Below are positions 46,461-62,530 of a stretch of 64,000 nucleotides of DNA, in pieces. The translations under genes were made by a program, and so were the position numbers. Location of the stretch: NCBI GenBank assembly GCA_964016885.1, contig OZ024745.1:372001-436000 (forward strand). The letters are read 5' to 3'. The notes beneath the pieces were generated by a model. It was not told the origin of the DNA and ran no database searches. It saw only the letters and a program-made list of their open reading frames with translations. Position 1 is the first letter of the stretch. The number at the start of each line of letters is the position of its first letter. Source of the DNA: Eledone cirrhosa (lineage: Eukaryota).

Positions 46461-49400
46461 TACTGTAGTGAACTATATACCACCTACTAATACTGTAGTG
46501 AACTATATACCAACTACTGTAGTGTGAACTATATACCACCTACTGTAGTGAACTATATACCACCTACTGTAGTGAACTATATACCAACTACTGTAGTGAA
46601 CTATATACCAACTACTGTAGTGAACTATATACCAACTACTGTAGTGAACTATATACCAACTACTGTAGTGAACTATATACCAACTACTGTAGTGAACTAT
46701 ATACCAACTACTGTAGTGAACTATATACCACCTACTGTAGTGAACTATATACCAACTACTGTAGTGAACTATATACCAACTACTGTAGTGAACTATATAC
46801 CACCTACTGTAGTGAACTATATACCACCTACTGTAGTGAACTATATACCAACTACTGTAGTGAACTACATACCACCTACTGCAGTGGACTATATACCACC
46901 TACTGTAGTGAACTATATACCACCTACTGTAGTGAACTATATATTACCTACTGTAGTGAACTATATACCAACTACTGTAGTGAACTATATACCAACTACT
47001 GTAGTGAACTATATGCCAACTACTGTAGTGAACTATATACCAACTACTGTAGTGTACTACAACCTACTGTAGTGAACTATATACCACCTACTCTAGTGAA
47101 CTATATACCACCTACTGTAGTGAACTATATACCAACTACTGTAGTGTACTACCAACTACTGTAGTGAACTATATACCACCTACTGTAGTGTACTATATAC
47201 CACCTACTGTAGTGAACTATATACCAACTACTGTAGTGAACTATATACCAACTACTGTAGTGAACTATATACCACCTACTGTAGTGAACTATATACCAAC
47301 TACTGTAGTGAACTATATACCAACTACTGTAGTGAACTATATACCATCTACTGTAGTGAACTATATACCAACTACTGTAGTGAACTATATACCAACTACT
47401 GTAGTGAACTATATACCATCTACTGTAGTGAACTATATACCAACTACTGTAGTGAACTATATACCACCTACTGTAGTGAACTATATACCAACTACTGTAG
47501 TGAATTATATACCAACTACTGTAGTGAACTACCACCTACTGTAGTGAACTATATACCACCTACTGTAGTGAACTATATATCAACTACTGTAGTGAACTAT
47601 ATACCACCTACTGTAGTGAACTATATACCAACTACTGTAGTGAACTATATACCACCTACTGTAGTGAACTATATAACAACTACTGTATTGAACTATATAC
47701 CAACTACTGTAGTGAACTATATACCAACTACTGTAGTGAAATATATACCAACTACTGTAGTGAACTATATACCACCTACTGTAGTGAACTATATACCAAC
47801 TACTGTAGTGAACTGTATACCAACTACTGTAGTGAACTTTATAACAACTACTGTATTGAACTATATATCAACTACTGTAGTGAACAGTATACCACCTACT
47901 GTAGTGAACTATATACCAACTACTGTAGTGAACTATATAACAACTACTGTAGTGAACTATATACCAACTACTGTAGTTAACTGTATACCAACTACTGTAG
48001 TGAACTATATAACAACTACTGTATTGAACTATATATCAACTACTGTAGTGAACTATATACCACCTACTGTAGTGAACTATATACCAACTACTGTAGTGAA
48101 CTATATACCACCTACTGTAGTGAACTATATACCACCTACTGTAGTGAACTATATACCAACTACTGTAGTGAACTGTATACCAACTACTGTAGTGAACTAT
48201 ATACCAACTACTGTAGTGAATTATATACCAACTGCTGTAGTGAACTACCACCTACTGTAGTGAACTATATACCACCTACTGTAGTGAACTATATACCAAC
48301 TACTGTATGTGAACTGTATACCACCTACTGTAGTGAACTATATACCAACTACTGTAGTGAACTATATACCAACTACTATAGTGAACTATATACCACCTAC
48401 TGTAGTGAACTATAAACCACCTACTGTAGTGAACTATATACCAACTACTGTAGTGAACTATATACCACCTACTGTAGTGAACTATATACCAACTACTGTA
48501 GTGAACTATATACCACCTACTGTAGTGAACTATATACCAACTACTGAAGTGAACTACCACCTACTGTAGTGAACTATATACCAACTATTGTAGTGAACTA
48601 TATACCACCTACTGTAGTGAACTATATACCAACTACTGTAGTGAACTATATACCAACTACTGTAGTGAACTACCACCTACAGTAGTGAACTATATACCAA
48701 CTACTGTAGTGAACTATATACCAACTATTGTAGTGAACTATATACCACCTACTGTAGTGAACTATATACCAGCTACTGTAGTGAACTATATACCAACTAC
48801 TGTAGTGAACTATATACCAACTACTGTAGTGAACTATATACCACCTACTGCAGTGGACTATATACCATCTACTGTAGTGAACTATATACCACCTACTGTA
48901 GTGAACTATATACCATCTACTGTAGTGAAATATATACCAACTACTGTAGTGAACTATATACCACCTACTGTAGTGAACTATATACCACCTACTGTAGTGA
49001 ACTATATACCACCTACTGTAGTGAACTATATACCACCTACTGTAGTGAACTATATACCAACTACTGTAGTGAACTATGTACCACCTACTGTAGTGAACTA
49101 TATAACAACTACTGTAGTGAACTATATAACAACTACTGTAGTGTACTACCACCTACTGTAGTGAACTATATACCACCTACTCTAGTGAACTATATACCAC
49201 CTACTGTAGTGAACTATATACCAACTACTGTAGTGAACTATATACCACCTACTGTAGTGAACTATATACCACCTACTGTAGTGAACTATATAACAACTAC
49301 TGTAGTGTACTATATAACAACTACTGTAGTGAACTATATACCAACTACTGTAGTGAACTATATACCACCTACTCTAGTGAACTATATACCACCTACTGTA

Positions 49401-52400
49401 GTGAACTATATACCAACTACTGTAGTGAACTATATACCACCTAGTGTAGTGAACTATATACCAACTACTGTAGTGAACTATATACCAACTACTGTAGTGA
49501 ACTATATACCAACTACTGTAGTGAACTATATACCACCTACTATAGTGAACTATATACCACCTACTGTAGTGAACTATATACCAACTACTGTAGTGAACTA
49601 TATACCAACTACTGTAGTGAACTATATGCCAACTACTGTAGTGAACTATATACCAACTACTGTAGTGAACTATATACCATCTACAGTAGTGAACTATATA
49701 CCAACTACTGTAGTGTACTACAACCTACTGTAGTGAACTATATACCACCTACTCTAGTGAACTATATACCACCTACTGTAGTGAACTATATACCACCTAT
49801 TGTAGTGAACTATATACCAACTACTGTAGTGAACTATATACCAACTACTGTAGTGAACTATATACCAACTACTGTAGTGAACTACCACCTACTGCAGTGA
49901 ACTATATACCAACTACTGTAGTGAACTATATACCAACTACTGTAGTGAACTATATACCAACTACTGTCGTGAACTATACACCACCTGCTGTAGTGAACTA
50001 TGTACCACCTACGGTAGTGAACTATATACCACCTACTGTAGTGAACTATATACCAACTACTGTAGTGAACTATATACCACCTACTGTAGTGAACTATATA
50101 CCACCTACTGTAGTGAACTACCACCAACTGTAGTGAACTATATACCAACTACTGTAGTGAACTATATACCAACTACTGTAGTGAACTATATACCACCTAC
50201 TGTAGTGAACTATATACCACCTACTGTAGTGGACTATATACCACCTACTGTAGTGAACTATATACCACCTACTGTAGTGAACTATATACCACCTACTGTA
50301 GTGAACTATATACCAACTACTGTAGTGAACTATATACCAACTACTGTAGTGAACTATATACCAACTACTGTAGTGAACTGCCACCTACTGCAGTGAACTA
50401 TATCCCAACTACTGTAGTGAACTATATACCAACTACTGTAGTGAACTACATACCAACTACTGTAGTGAACTATATACCACCTACTGTAGTGAACTATATA
50501 CCACCTACTGTAGTGAACTATATACCACCTGCTGTAGTGAACTATGTACCACCTACTGCAGTGAACTACCCACTACTGTAGTGAATCTACCAACTACTGT
50601 AGTGAACTATATACCACCTACTGTAGTGAACTATATACCAACTACTGTAGTGAAATATATACCACCTACTGTAGTGAACTATATACCACCTACTGTAGTG
50701 AACTACCAACTACTGTAGTGAACTACCAACTACTGTAGGGAACTACCAACTACTGTAGTGAACTATATACCAACTACTGTAGTGAACTATATACCAACTA
50801 CTGTAGTGAACTATATACCAACTACTGTAGTGAACTATATACCAACTACTGTAGTGAACTATATACCACCTACTATAGTGAACTATATACCACCTACTAT
50901 AGTGAACTATATACCACCTACTGTAGTGTACTATATACCAACTACTGTAGTGAATTATATACCAACTACTGTAGTGAACTATATACCAACTACTGTAGTG
51001 AACTATATACCAACTACTGTAGTGAAATATATACCACCTACTGTAGTGAACTATATACCAACTACTGTAGTGAACTATATACCAACTACTGTAGTGAACT
51101 ATATACCAACTACTGTATTGAACTATATACCACCTACTGCAGTGAAGTATATACCAGCTACTGTAGTGAACTATATACCACCTACTGTAGTGAACTATAT
51201 ACCACCTACTGTAGTGAACTATATACCACCTACTGTAGTGAACTATATACCAACTACTGTAATGAACTATATACCATCTACTGTAGTGAACTATATACCA
51301 ACTACTGTAGTGAACTATATACCAACTACTGTAGTGAACTATATACCAACTACTGTAGTGAACTACCACCTACTGCAGTGAACTATATACCAACTACTGT
51401 AGTGAACTATATACCAACTACTGTAGTGAACTATATACCACCTACTGTAGTGAACTACCACCTACTGTAGTGAACTATATACCAACTACTGTAGTGAACT
51501 ATATACCACCTACTGTAGTGAACTACATACCAACTACTGTAGTGAACTACATACCACCTACTGTAGTGAACTATATACCACCTACTGCAGTGGACTATAT
51601 ACCATCTACTGTAGTGAACTATATACCACCTACTGTAGTGAACTATATACCATCTACTGTAGTGAAATATATACCAACTACTGTAGTGAACTATATACCA
51701 CCTACTGTAGTGAACTATATACCACCTACTGTAGTGAACTATATACCACCTACTGTAGTGAACTATATACCACCTACTGTAGTGAACTATATACCAACTA
51801 CTGTAGTGAACTATGTACCACCTACTGTAGTGAACTATATAACAACTACTGTAGTGAACTATATAACAACTACTGTAGTGTACTACCACCTACTGTAGTG
51901 AACTATATACCACCTACTCTAGTGAACTATATACCACCTACTGTAGTGAACTATATACCAACTACTGTAGTGAACTATATACCACCTACTGTAGTGAACT
52001 ATATACCACCTACTGTAGTGAACTATATAACAACTACTGTAGTGTACTATATAACAACTACTGTAGTGTACTACCACCTACTGTAGTGAACTATATACCA
52101 CCTACTCTAGTGAACTATATACCACCTACTGTAGTGAACTATATACCAACTACTGTAGTGAACTATATACCACCTAGTGTAGTGAACTATATACCAACTA
52201 CTGTAGTGAACTATATACTAACTACTGTAGTGAACTATATACCAACTACTGTAGTGAACTATATACCACCTACTATAGTGAACTATATACCACCTACTGT
52301 AGTGAACTATATACCAACTACTGTAGTGAACTATATACCAACTACTGTAGTGAACTATATGCCAACTACTGTAGTGAACTATATACCAACTACTGTAGTG

Positions 52401-55400
52401 AACTATATACCATCTACAGTAGTGAACTATATACCAACTACTGTAGTGAACTATATACCAACTACTGTAGTGAACTATATACCACCTACTGTAGTGAACT
52501 ATATACCACCTACTGTAGTGAACTATATACCAACTACTGTAGTGAACTATATACCAACTACTGTAGTGAACTATATGCCAACTACTGTAGTGAACTATAT
52601 ACCAACTACTGTAGTGAACTATATACCATCTACAGTAGTGAACTATATACCAACTACTGTAGTGTACTACAACCTACTGTAGTGAACTATATACCACCTA
52701 CTCTAGTGAACTATATACCACCTACTCTAGTGAACTATATACCACCTACTGTAGTGAACTATATACCACCTATTGTAGTGAACTATATACCATCTACAGT
52801 AGTGAACTATATACCAACTACTGTAGTGTACTACAACCTACTGTAGTGAACTATATACCACCTACTCTAGTGAACTATATACCACCTACTCTAGTGAACT
52901 ATATACCACCTACTCTAGTGAACTATATACCACCTACTCTAGTGAACTATATACCACCTACTGTAGTGAACTATATACCACATATTGTAGTGAACTATAT
53001 ACCAACTACTGTAGTGAACTATATACCACCTACTGTAGTGAACTATATACCAACTACTGTAGTGAACTATATACCAACTACTGTAGTGAACTATATACCA
53101 ACTACTGTAGTGAACTATATACCACCTACTGTAGTGAACTATATACCACCTACTGTAGTGAACTATATACCACCTACTGTAGTGAACTATATACCAACTA
53201 CTGTAGTGAACTATATACCAACTACTGTAGTGAACTATATACCACCTACTGTAGTGAACTATATACCACCTACTGTAGTGAACTATATACCACCTACTGT
53301 AGTGAACTATATACCAACTACTGTAGTGAACTATATACCACCTACTGTAGTGAACTACCACCTACTGTAGTGAACTACGACCTACTGTAGTGAACTATAT
53401 ACCACCTACTGTAGTGAACTATATACCAACTACTGTCGTGAACTATATACCAACTACTGTAGTGAACTATGTACCACCTACTGTAGTGAAATATATACCA
53501 CCTACTGTAGTGAACTATATACCACCTGCTGTAGTGAACTATGTACCACCTACTGTAGTGGACTATATACCAACTACTGTAGTGAACTATATACCAACTA
53601 CTGTAGTGAACTATATACCAACTACTGTAGTGAACTATATACCAACTACTGTCGTGAACTATATACCAACTACTGTAGTGAACTATATACCAACTACTGT
53701 AGTGAACTATATACCAACTACTGTCGTGAACTATATACCAACTACTGTAGTGAACTATATACCACCTACTGTAGTGGACTATATACCACCTACTGTAGTG
53801 AACTACGACCTACTGTAGTGAACTATATACCAACTACTGTAGTGAACTATATACCAACTACTGTAGTGAACTATATACCAACTACTGTAGTGAACTATAT
53901 ACCAACTACTGTAGTGAACTATATACCAACTACTGTCGTGAACTATATACCAACTACTGTAGTGAACTATATACCACCTACTGTAGTGGACTATATACCA
54001 CCTACTGTAGTGAACTATATACCAACTACTGTCGTGAACTATATATTACCTACTGTAGTGAACTATATACCACCTACTGTAGTGAACTATATACCACCTG
54101 CTGTAGTGAACTATGTACCACCTACGGTAGTGAACTATATACCACCTACTGTAGTGAACTATATACCACCTACTGTAGTGAACTACCACCAACTGTAGTG
54201 AACTATATACCAACTACTGTAGTGAACTATATACCAACTACTGTAGTGAACTATATACCAACTACTGTAGTGAACTATATACCACCTACTGTAGTGAACT
54301 ATATACCAACTACTGTAGTGAACTATATACCAACTACTGTAGTGAACTATATACCAACTACTGCAGTGAACTATATACCAACTACTGTAGTGAACTATAT
54401 ACCACCTACTGTAGTGAACTATATACCACCTACTGTAGTGAACTATATACCAACTACTGTAGTGAACTATATACCAACTACTGTAGTGAACTATATACCA
54501 ACTACTGTAGTGAACTGCCACCTACTGCAGTGAACTATATACCAACTACTGTAGTGAACTACATACCAACTACTGTAGTGAACTATATACCACCTACTGT
54601 AGTGAACTATATACCACCTACTGTAGTGAACTATATACCACCTGCTGTAGTGAACTATGTACCACCTACTGCAGTGAACTACCCACTACTGTAGTGAATC
54701 TACCAACTACTGTAGTGAACTATATACCACCTACTGTAGTGAACTATATACCAACTACTGTAGTGAAATATATACCACCTACTGTAGTGAACTATATACC
54801 ACCTACTGTAGTGAACTACCAACTACTGTAGTGAACTACCAACTACTGTAGGGAACTACCAACTACTGTAGTGAACTATATACCAACTACTGTAGTGAAC
54901 TATATACCAACTACTGTAGTGAACTATATACCAACTACTGTAGTGAACTATATACCAACTACTGTAGTGAACTATATACCACCTACTATAGTGAACTATA
55001 TACCACCTACTATAGTGAACTATATACCACCTACTGTAGTGTACTATATACCAACTACTGTAGTGAATTATATACCAACTACTGTAGTGAACTATATACC
55101 AACTACTGTAGTGAACTATATACCAACTACTGTAGTGAAATATATACAACCTACTGTAGTGAACTATATACCAACTACTGTAGTGAACTATATACCAACT
55201 ACTGTAGTGAACTATATACCAACTACTGTATTGAACTATATACCACCTACTGCAGTGAAGTATATACCAGCTACTGTAGTGAACTATATACCACCTACTG
55301 TAGTGAACTATATACCACCTACTGTAGTGAACTATATACCACCTACTGTAGTGAACTATATACCAACTACTGTAATGAACTATATACCATCTACTGTAGT

Positions 55401-58400
55401 GAACTATATACCAACTACTGTAGTGAACTATATACCAACTACTGTAGTGAACTATATACCAACTACTGTAGTGAACTACCACCTACTGCAGTGAACTATA
55501 TACCAACTACTGTAGTGAACTATATACCAACTACTGTAGTGAACTATATACCACCTACTGTAGTGAACTACCACCTACTGTAGTGAACTATATACCAACT
55601 ACTGTAGTGAACTATATACCACCTACTGTAGTGAACTACATACCAACTACTGTAGTGAACTATATACCACCTACTGTAGTGAACTATATACCAACTACTG
55701 TAGTGAACTATATACCACCTACTGTAGTGAACTATATACCAACTACTGTAGTGAACAATATACCAACTACTGTAGTGAACTATATACCACCTACTGTAGT
55801 GAACTATATACCACCTACTGTAGTGAACTATATACCACCTACTATAGTGATCTATATACCACCTACTATAGTGATCTATATACCGCCTACTATAGTGAAC
55901 TATATACCACCTACTGTAGTGAACTACCACCTACTGTAGTGAACTACCACCTACTGTAGTGAACTATATACCAACTACTGTAGTGAACTATATACCAACT
56001 ACTGTAGTGAACTATATACCACCTACTGTAGTGAACTATATACCACCTACTTTAGTGAACTATATACCAACTACTGTAGTGAACTATATACCACCTATTG
56101 TAGTGAACTATATACCACCTACTTTAGTGAATTATATACCACCTACTGTAGTGAACTATATACCAACTACTGTAGTGAACTATATATCAACTACTGTAGT
56201 GAACTATATACCAACTACTGTCGTGAACTATATACCACCTGCTGTAGTGAACTATGTACCACCTACTGCAGTGAACTACCCACTACTGTAGTGAATCTAC
56301 CAACTACTGTAGTGAACTATATACCAACTACTGTAGTGAACTATATACCAACTACTGTAGTGAACTATATACCAACTACTGTAGTGAACTATATACCAAC
56401 TACTGTAGTGAACTATATACCACCTACTGTAGTGAACTATATACCACCTACTGTAGTGAACTATATACCACCTACTGTAGTGAACTACCAACTACTGTAG
56501 TGAACTACCAACTACTGTAGTGAACTATATACCACCTACTGTAGTGAACTATATACCACCTACTGTAGTGAACTATATACCACCTACTGTAGTGAACTAC
56601 ATACCAACTACTGTAGTGAACTATATACCACCTACTGTAGTGAACTATATACCACCTACTGTAGTGAACTATATACCAACTACTGTAGTGAACTATATAC
56701 CAACTACTGTATTGAACTATATACCAACTACTGTAGTGAACTATATACCAACTACTGTAGTGAACTATATACCAACTACTGTAGTGAACTATATACCAAC
56801 TACTGTAGTGAACTATATACCAACTACTGTATTGAACTATATACCACCTACTGCAGTGAACTATATACCAACTACTGTAGTGAACTATATACCACCTACT
56901 GTAGTGAACTATATACCACCTACTGTAGTGAACTATATACCACCTACTGTAGTGAACTATATACCAACTACTGTAGTGAACTATATACCACCTACTGTAG
57001 TGAACTATATACCAACTACTGTAGTGAACTATATACCAACTACTGTAGTGAACTATATACCAACTACTGTAGTGAACTACCACCTACTGCAGTGAACTAT
57101 ATACCAACTACTGTAGTGAACTATATACCAACTACTGTAGTGAACTATATACCACCTACTGTAGTGAACTACCACCTACTGTAGTGAACTATATACCAAC
57201 TACTGTAGTGAACTATATACCACCTACTGTAGTGAACTATATACCACCTACTGTAGTGAACTACATACCAACTACTGTAGTGAACTATATACCAACTACT
57301 GTAGTGAACTATATACCACCTACTGTAGTGAACTATATACCACCTACTATAGTGAACTATATACCACCTACTATAGTGAACTATATACCACCTACTGTAG
57401 TGAACTATCACCTACTGTAGTGAACTATATACCAACTACTGTAGTGAACTGTATACCAACTACTGTAGTGAACTATATACCACCTACTGTAGTGAACTAT
57501 ATACCACCTACTTTAGTGAACTATATACCAACTACTGTAGTGAACTATATACCACCTCCTGTAGTGAACTATATACCACCTATTGTAGTGAACTATATAG
57601 AACCTACTTTAGTGAATTATATACCACCTACTGTAGTGAACTATATACCAACTACTGTAGTGAACTATATATCAACTACTGTAGTGAACTATATACCAAC
57701 TACTGTAGTGAACTATATACCACCTACTGTATTGAACTATATACCACCTACTGTAGTGAACTATATACCAACTACTGTAGTGAACTATATACCAACTACT
57801 GTAGTGAACTATATAGCAACTACTGTAGTGAACTACCACCTACTGCAGTGAACTATATACCAACTACTGTAGTGAACTATATACCAACTACTGTAGTGAA
57901 CTATATACCACCTACTGTAGTGAACTATAAAGCACCTACTGTAGTGAACTATATACCACCTACTGTAGTGAACTACGACCTACTGTAGTGAACTATATAC
58001 TACCTGCTGTAGTGAACTATGTACCACCTACTGTAGTGAAATATATACCACCTACTGCAGTGAACTACCCACTACTGTAGTGAAACTACCAACTACTGTA
58101 GTGAACTATATACCAACTACTGTAGTGAACTATATACCAACTACTGTAGTGAAATATATACCACCTACTGTAGTGAACTATATACCACCTACTGTAGTGA
58201 ACTATATACCACCTACTGTAGTGAACTATATACCACCTACTGTAGTGAACTACCAACTACTGTAGTGAACTATATACCAACTACTGTAGTGAACTATATA
58301 CCAACTACTGTAGTGAACTATATACCAACTACTGTAGTGAAATATATACCACTTACTGTAGTGAACTATATACCAACTACTGTATTGAACTATATACCAC

Positions 58401-60393
58401 CTACTGTAGTGAACTATATACCACCTACTGTAGTGAATTATATACCACCTACTGTAGTGAACTATATACCAACTACTGTAGTGAACTACCACCTACTGTA
58501 GTGAACTATATACCACCTACTGTAGTGAACTATATACCACCTACTGTAGTGAACTATATACCAACTACTGTAGTGAACTATATACCAACTACTGTAGTGA
58601 ACTATATACCAACTTCTGTAGTGAATTATATACCAACTACTGTAGTGAACTATATACCACCTACTGTAGTGAACTACCAACTACTGTAGTGAACTATATA
58701 CCAACTACTGTAGTGAACTATATACCAACTACTGTAGTGAACTATATACCAACTACTGTAGTGAACTATATACCAACTACTGTAGTGAACTATATACCAC
58801 CTACTATAGTGAACTATATACCACCTACTGTAGTGAACTACCAACTTCTGTAGTGAACTATATACTAACTACTGTAGTGAACTATATACCAACTACTGTA
58901 GTGAACTATATACCACCTACTGTAGTGAACTACCAACTTCTGTAGTGAACTATATACCAACTACTGTAGTGAACTATATACCAACTACTGTAGTGAACTA
59001 TATACCAACTACTGTAGTGAACTACCACCTACTGTAGTGAACTATATACCAAGTACTGTAGTGAACTATATACCAACTACTGTAGTGAACTACCAACTAC
59101 TGTAGTGAACTATATACCAACTACTGTAGTGAACTATATACCAACTACTGTAGTGAACTATATACCACCTACTGTAGTGAACTATATACCACCTACTGTA
59201 GTCAACTACCAACTTCTGTAGTGAACTATATACCAACTACTGTAGTGATCTATATACCACCTACTGTAGTGAACTACCAACTTCTGTAGTGAACTATATA
59301 CCTACTACTGTAGTGAACTATATACCAACTACTGTAGTGAACTATATACCAACTACTGTAGTGAACTATATACCAACTACTGTAGTGAACTATATACCAA
59401 CTACTGTAGTGAACTATATACCAACTACTATAGTGAACTATATACCAACTACTGTAGTGAACTACCAACTACTGTAGTGAACTATATACCAACTACTGTA
59501 GTGAACTATATACCACCTACTGTAGTGAACCACCAACTTCTGTAGTGAACTATATACCAACTACTGTAGTGAACTATATACCAACTACTGTAGTGAACTA
59601 TATACCAACTACTGTAGTGAACTATATACCACATACTGTAGTGAACTATATACCAACTATTGTAGTGAACTATATACCAACTACTATAGTGAACTATATA
59701 CCACCTACTGTAGTGAACTATATACCAACTACTGTAGTGAACTATATACCAACTACTGTAGTGAACTATATACCAACTACTGTAGTGAACTACCACCTAC
59801 TGTAGTGAACTATATACCAACTACTGTAGTGAACTATATACCAACTACTGTAGTGAACTATATACCAACTACTGTAGTGAACTATATACCACCTACTGTA
59901 GTGAACTATACACCAACTACTGTAGTGAACTACCACCTACTGTAGTGAACTATATACCAACTACTGTAGTGAACTACCACCTACTGTAGTGAACTATATA
60001 CCACCTACTGTAGTGAACTATATACCACCTACTGTAGTGAACTATATACCAACTACTGTAGTGAACTATATACCAACTACTGTAGTGAACTATATACCAA
60101 CTACTGTAGTGAACTATATACCACCTACTGTAGTGAACTATATACCACATACTGTAGTGAACTATATACCAACTACTGTAGTGAACTATATACCAACTAC
60201 TGTAGTGAACTATATACCACCTACTGTAGTGAACTATATACCAACTACTGTAGTGAACTATATACCACCTACTGTAGTGAACTATATACCAACTACTGTA
60301 GTGAACTATATACCAACTACTGTAGTGAACTATATACCACCTACTGTAGTGAACCATATACCAACTACTGTAGTGAACTATATACCAACTACT
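46461..60393. repeat. 24-bp satellite, about 13.9 kb (roughly 580-590 units)
   Basis: Unit GTAGTGAACTATATACCAMCTACT with interspersed 20-bp deletion variants and kb-scale internal duplications. Confidence 0.99.
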
Positions 60394-60519
60394 AATAACA
60401 TAGTGCTAGTGACAATGTACAAATGAAGTTGATAGTGTATGTACAGGTGAAGTTGATAGTGTATGAGAATTTAGAGGACTCTAAATTCTCATACACTATC
60501 AACTTTACCTTCTATGCTC

Positions 60520-60810
60520 TTATCATTATCATCACCATCATCACCATCCTTATCATCATTATCATTACCATTATCACCATCACCACCAACATTATCATCA
60601 CCATCATCACCAACATTATCATCACCAACATCACCATCGCCATCATCACCAACATTATCATCACCATCATCACCATCATTATCATCATCATTATCCTCAC
60701 CATCATCACCATCACCATCATTATCATCATCATCACCATCATCACCAACATTATCATCACCATCATCATCATCACCATCATCACCATCATCACCATCATT
60801 ATCATCATCT
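60520..60810. repeat. (CAT/CAC)n low-complexity tract
   Basis: Direct inspection. Confidence 0.9.
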
Positions 60811-61229
60811 TGTGCCATGAGAACAATAACCAGGTACACACTATGAAGTGGTTAGGAAGGGTATCCAGCCATAGAAACTATGCCAAAATGAAACATAAGC
60901 AAGATATTTACTGATCCCCACATTAATGAACTCGATATAGACTGGCATCTTATCCTGGAGCTAGATTTATCTCTCATCTTCTGAAAGTAACCAAAGCTAA
61001 GTGACAGTCCTTAAATGTCTGTTGGTGTTCAGGAAGCATTAATTCTTTCAATACCAACCAGGCCGAAGCTGGTTTTGGTTCTATTAAACAAAACCACTTT
61101 AAAGGGTTTTTATTCAAATTAAAATCCTCCAACATAATTTGGTATAAGAACCATTTGTTAAGTTGTGTTACAAACACCATCTTGATAATGAAATAATAAT
61201 TTTAGCATTGGATAAAAATTCACAAGATC

Positions 61230-61447
61230 CCAGACCTCATTTGCTTACCGGGTGAGGCGGAACTTATCAGATCAGACCAAGGAAACAAGGTGTCCATTGC
61301 CGATACTATCTACTGTTCGCAACTCCCAGTACAAGGAGCAACATGAAATAAAGTGTTTTGCTCAAAGACACAACACATCACCTGGCCTGGGAATCGAGCT
61401 CATAACCTCACAATTGTGAATCCAACTCTCTCACTAGTAAGCCATGC
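61230..61447 (-). mobile_element. SINE family B
   Basis: GGAGCAACATGAAATAAAGTGTTTTGCTCAAAGACACAAC...GGGAATCGAGC, homologous to 4520-4782. Confidence 0.7.
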
Positions 61448-61729
61448 AACTTCACAATTTTAGTAAATCTCTCCAAATTCTTCATTAATTAATTCAGACA
61501 GAGTGTATTACATTAGAATTATGGTAACAAAAGGGTTAAAAAATGGCAACACATTTTAGATGAAGGTTTAGTAGAGTTATTGAACCTTGTGACTGGTACC
61601 AGTTTTAATGAACCCTAGAGAGAAAAATAACAAAGTTGACCCTTACTGGATGTGAACTTGAGATGTATGGACTCTAGAGGGATGAATAATAAAGTTGACC
61701 CTACTTACATGGTAGACTTGGTACTTCAC

Positions 61730-61945
61730 CATGGCACCAACACTACAACCTTACAGGGTAGACTGGGTGCTTTTCGTCATGATACCAACACTACCACCTT
61801 ACAGGGTAGACTGGGTGCTTTTCATTGTAGCAACAGTACCACCACCATACAGGCTGGGCTGGGTGCTTTTCATCATGGCACCAGTACCACAACTTTCATG
61901 GAACCAGCACTTACAGGGTGAGCTGGGTGGTTTTCATCATGACAC
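61730..61945. repeat. Diverged 48-bp tandem repeat
   Basis: CATGGCACCAACACTACAACCTTACAGGGTAGACTGGGTGCTTTT, about 4 copies. Confidence 0.8.
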
Positions 61946-62530
61946 AGGCAATATAACTTTACTGCTATATATTTCAAATATCTAGGGTGAAAAAGCTGTG
62001 TTTTAACATGAAATACGATGAAATATTTAGAGAACGGATTTCAACTGATGACCTAATGAACAAGTAGTCTTGAAATAATGAACAGGTAGCCTGGAAGACG
62101 TAGTCTTGAAATAATGAACAGATAGCCTGGAAGGGGTAGTCTTGAAATATCTTATCCAATCATCTATTTAATGACCAGTCAGTGAATAATTAACTATATT
62201 GACTCTAAGGAAAGGGAATATAGGAATTATGTTACCATGTCTCCCATTTCTGTGAAGTGACACGGTTAGATGAAGGATTGCTGACTCACTCAATAGCAGT
62301 TTATATCTACACTAATGTCAGACCCCTAATTATATATTTCATCAATTATAATAATACAAAAGAACCAACAGAAACGAAAACTTTCCTTGCAATCACTATT
62401 AACACACTGTCACTCTTACTTTTTCAAGAAAAAAGCACCACTCATTTTACATTCTATTTTTTTTATAACTTATTTTCTTATATATTTTTTACTTTTATAT
62501 ATATATATATTATTATTATACTTACCTCTA

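Noticed and set aside
46524-60426. Dozens of ORFs encoding (NYIPTTVV)n and (YIVHYSSW)n, resembling a mucin or structural protein
   Set aside because: These are a by-product of a stop-free 24-bp unit. The frames are broken repeatedly by 20-bp units, both strands are open, starts are mostly GTG, and there is no signal peptide or splice evidence.
60974-61180. Minus ORF EPKPASAWLVLKELMLPEHQQ as an upstream exon
   Set aside because: No convincing donor before the stop, and it is flanked by SINE/RTE tail debris.
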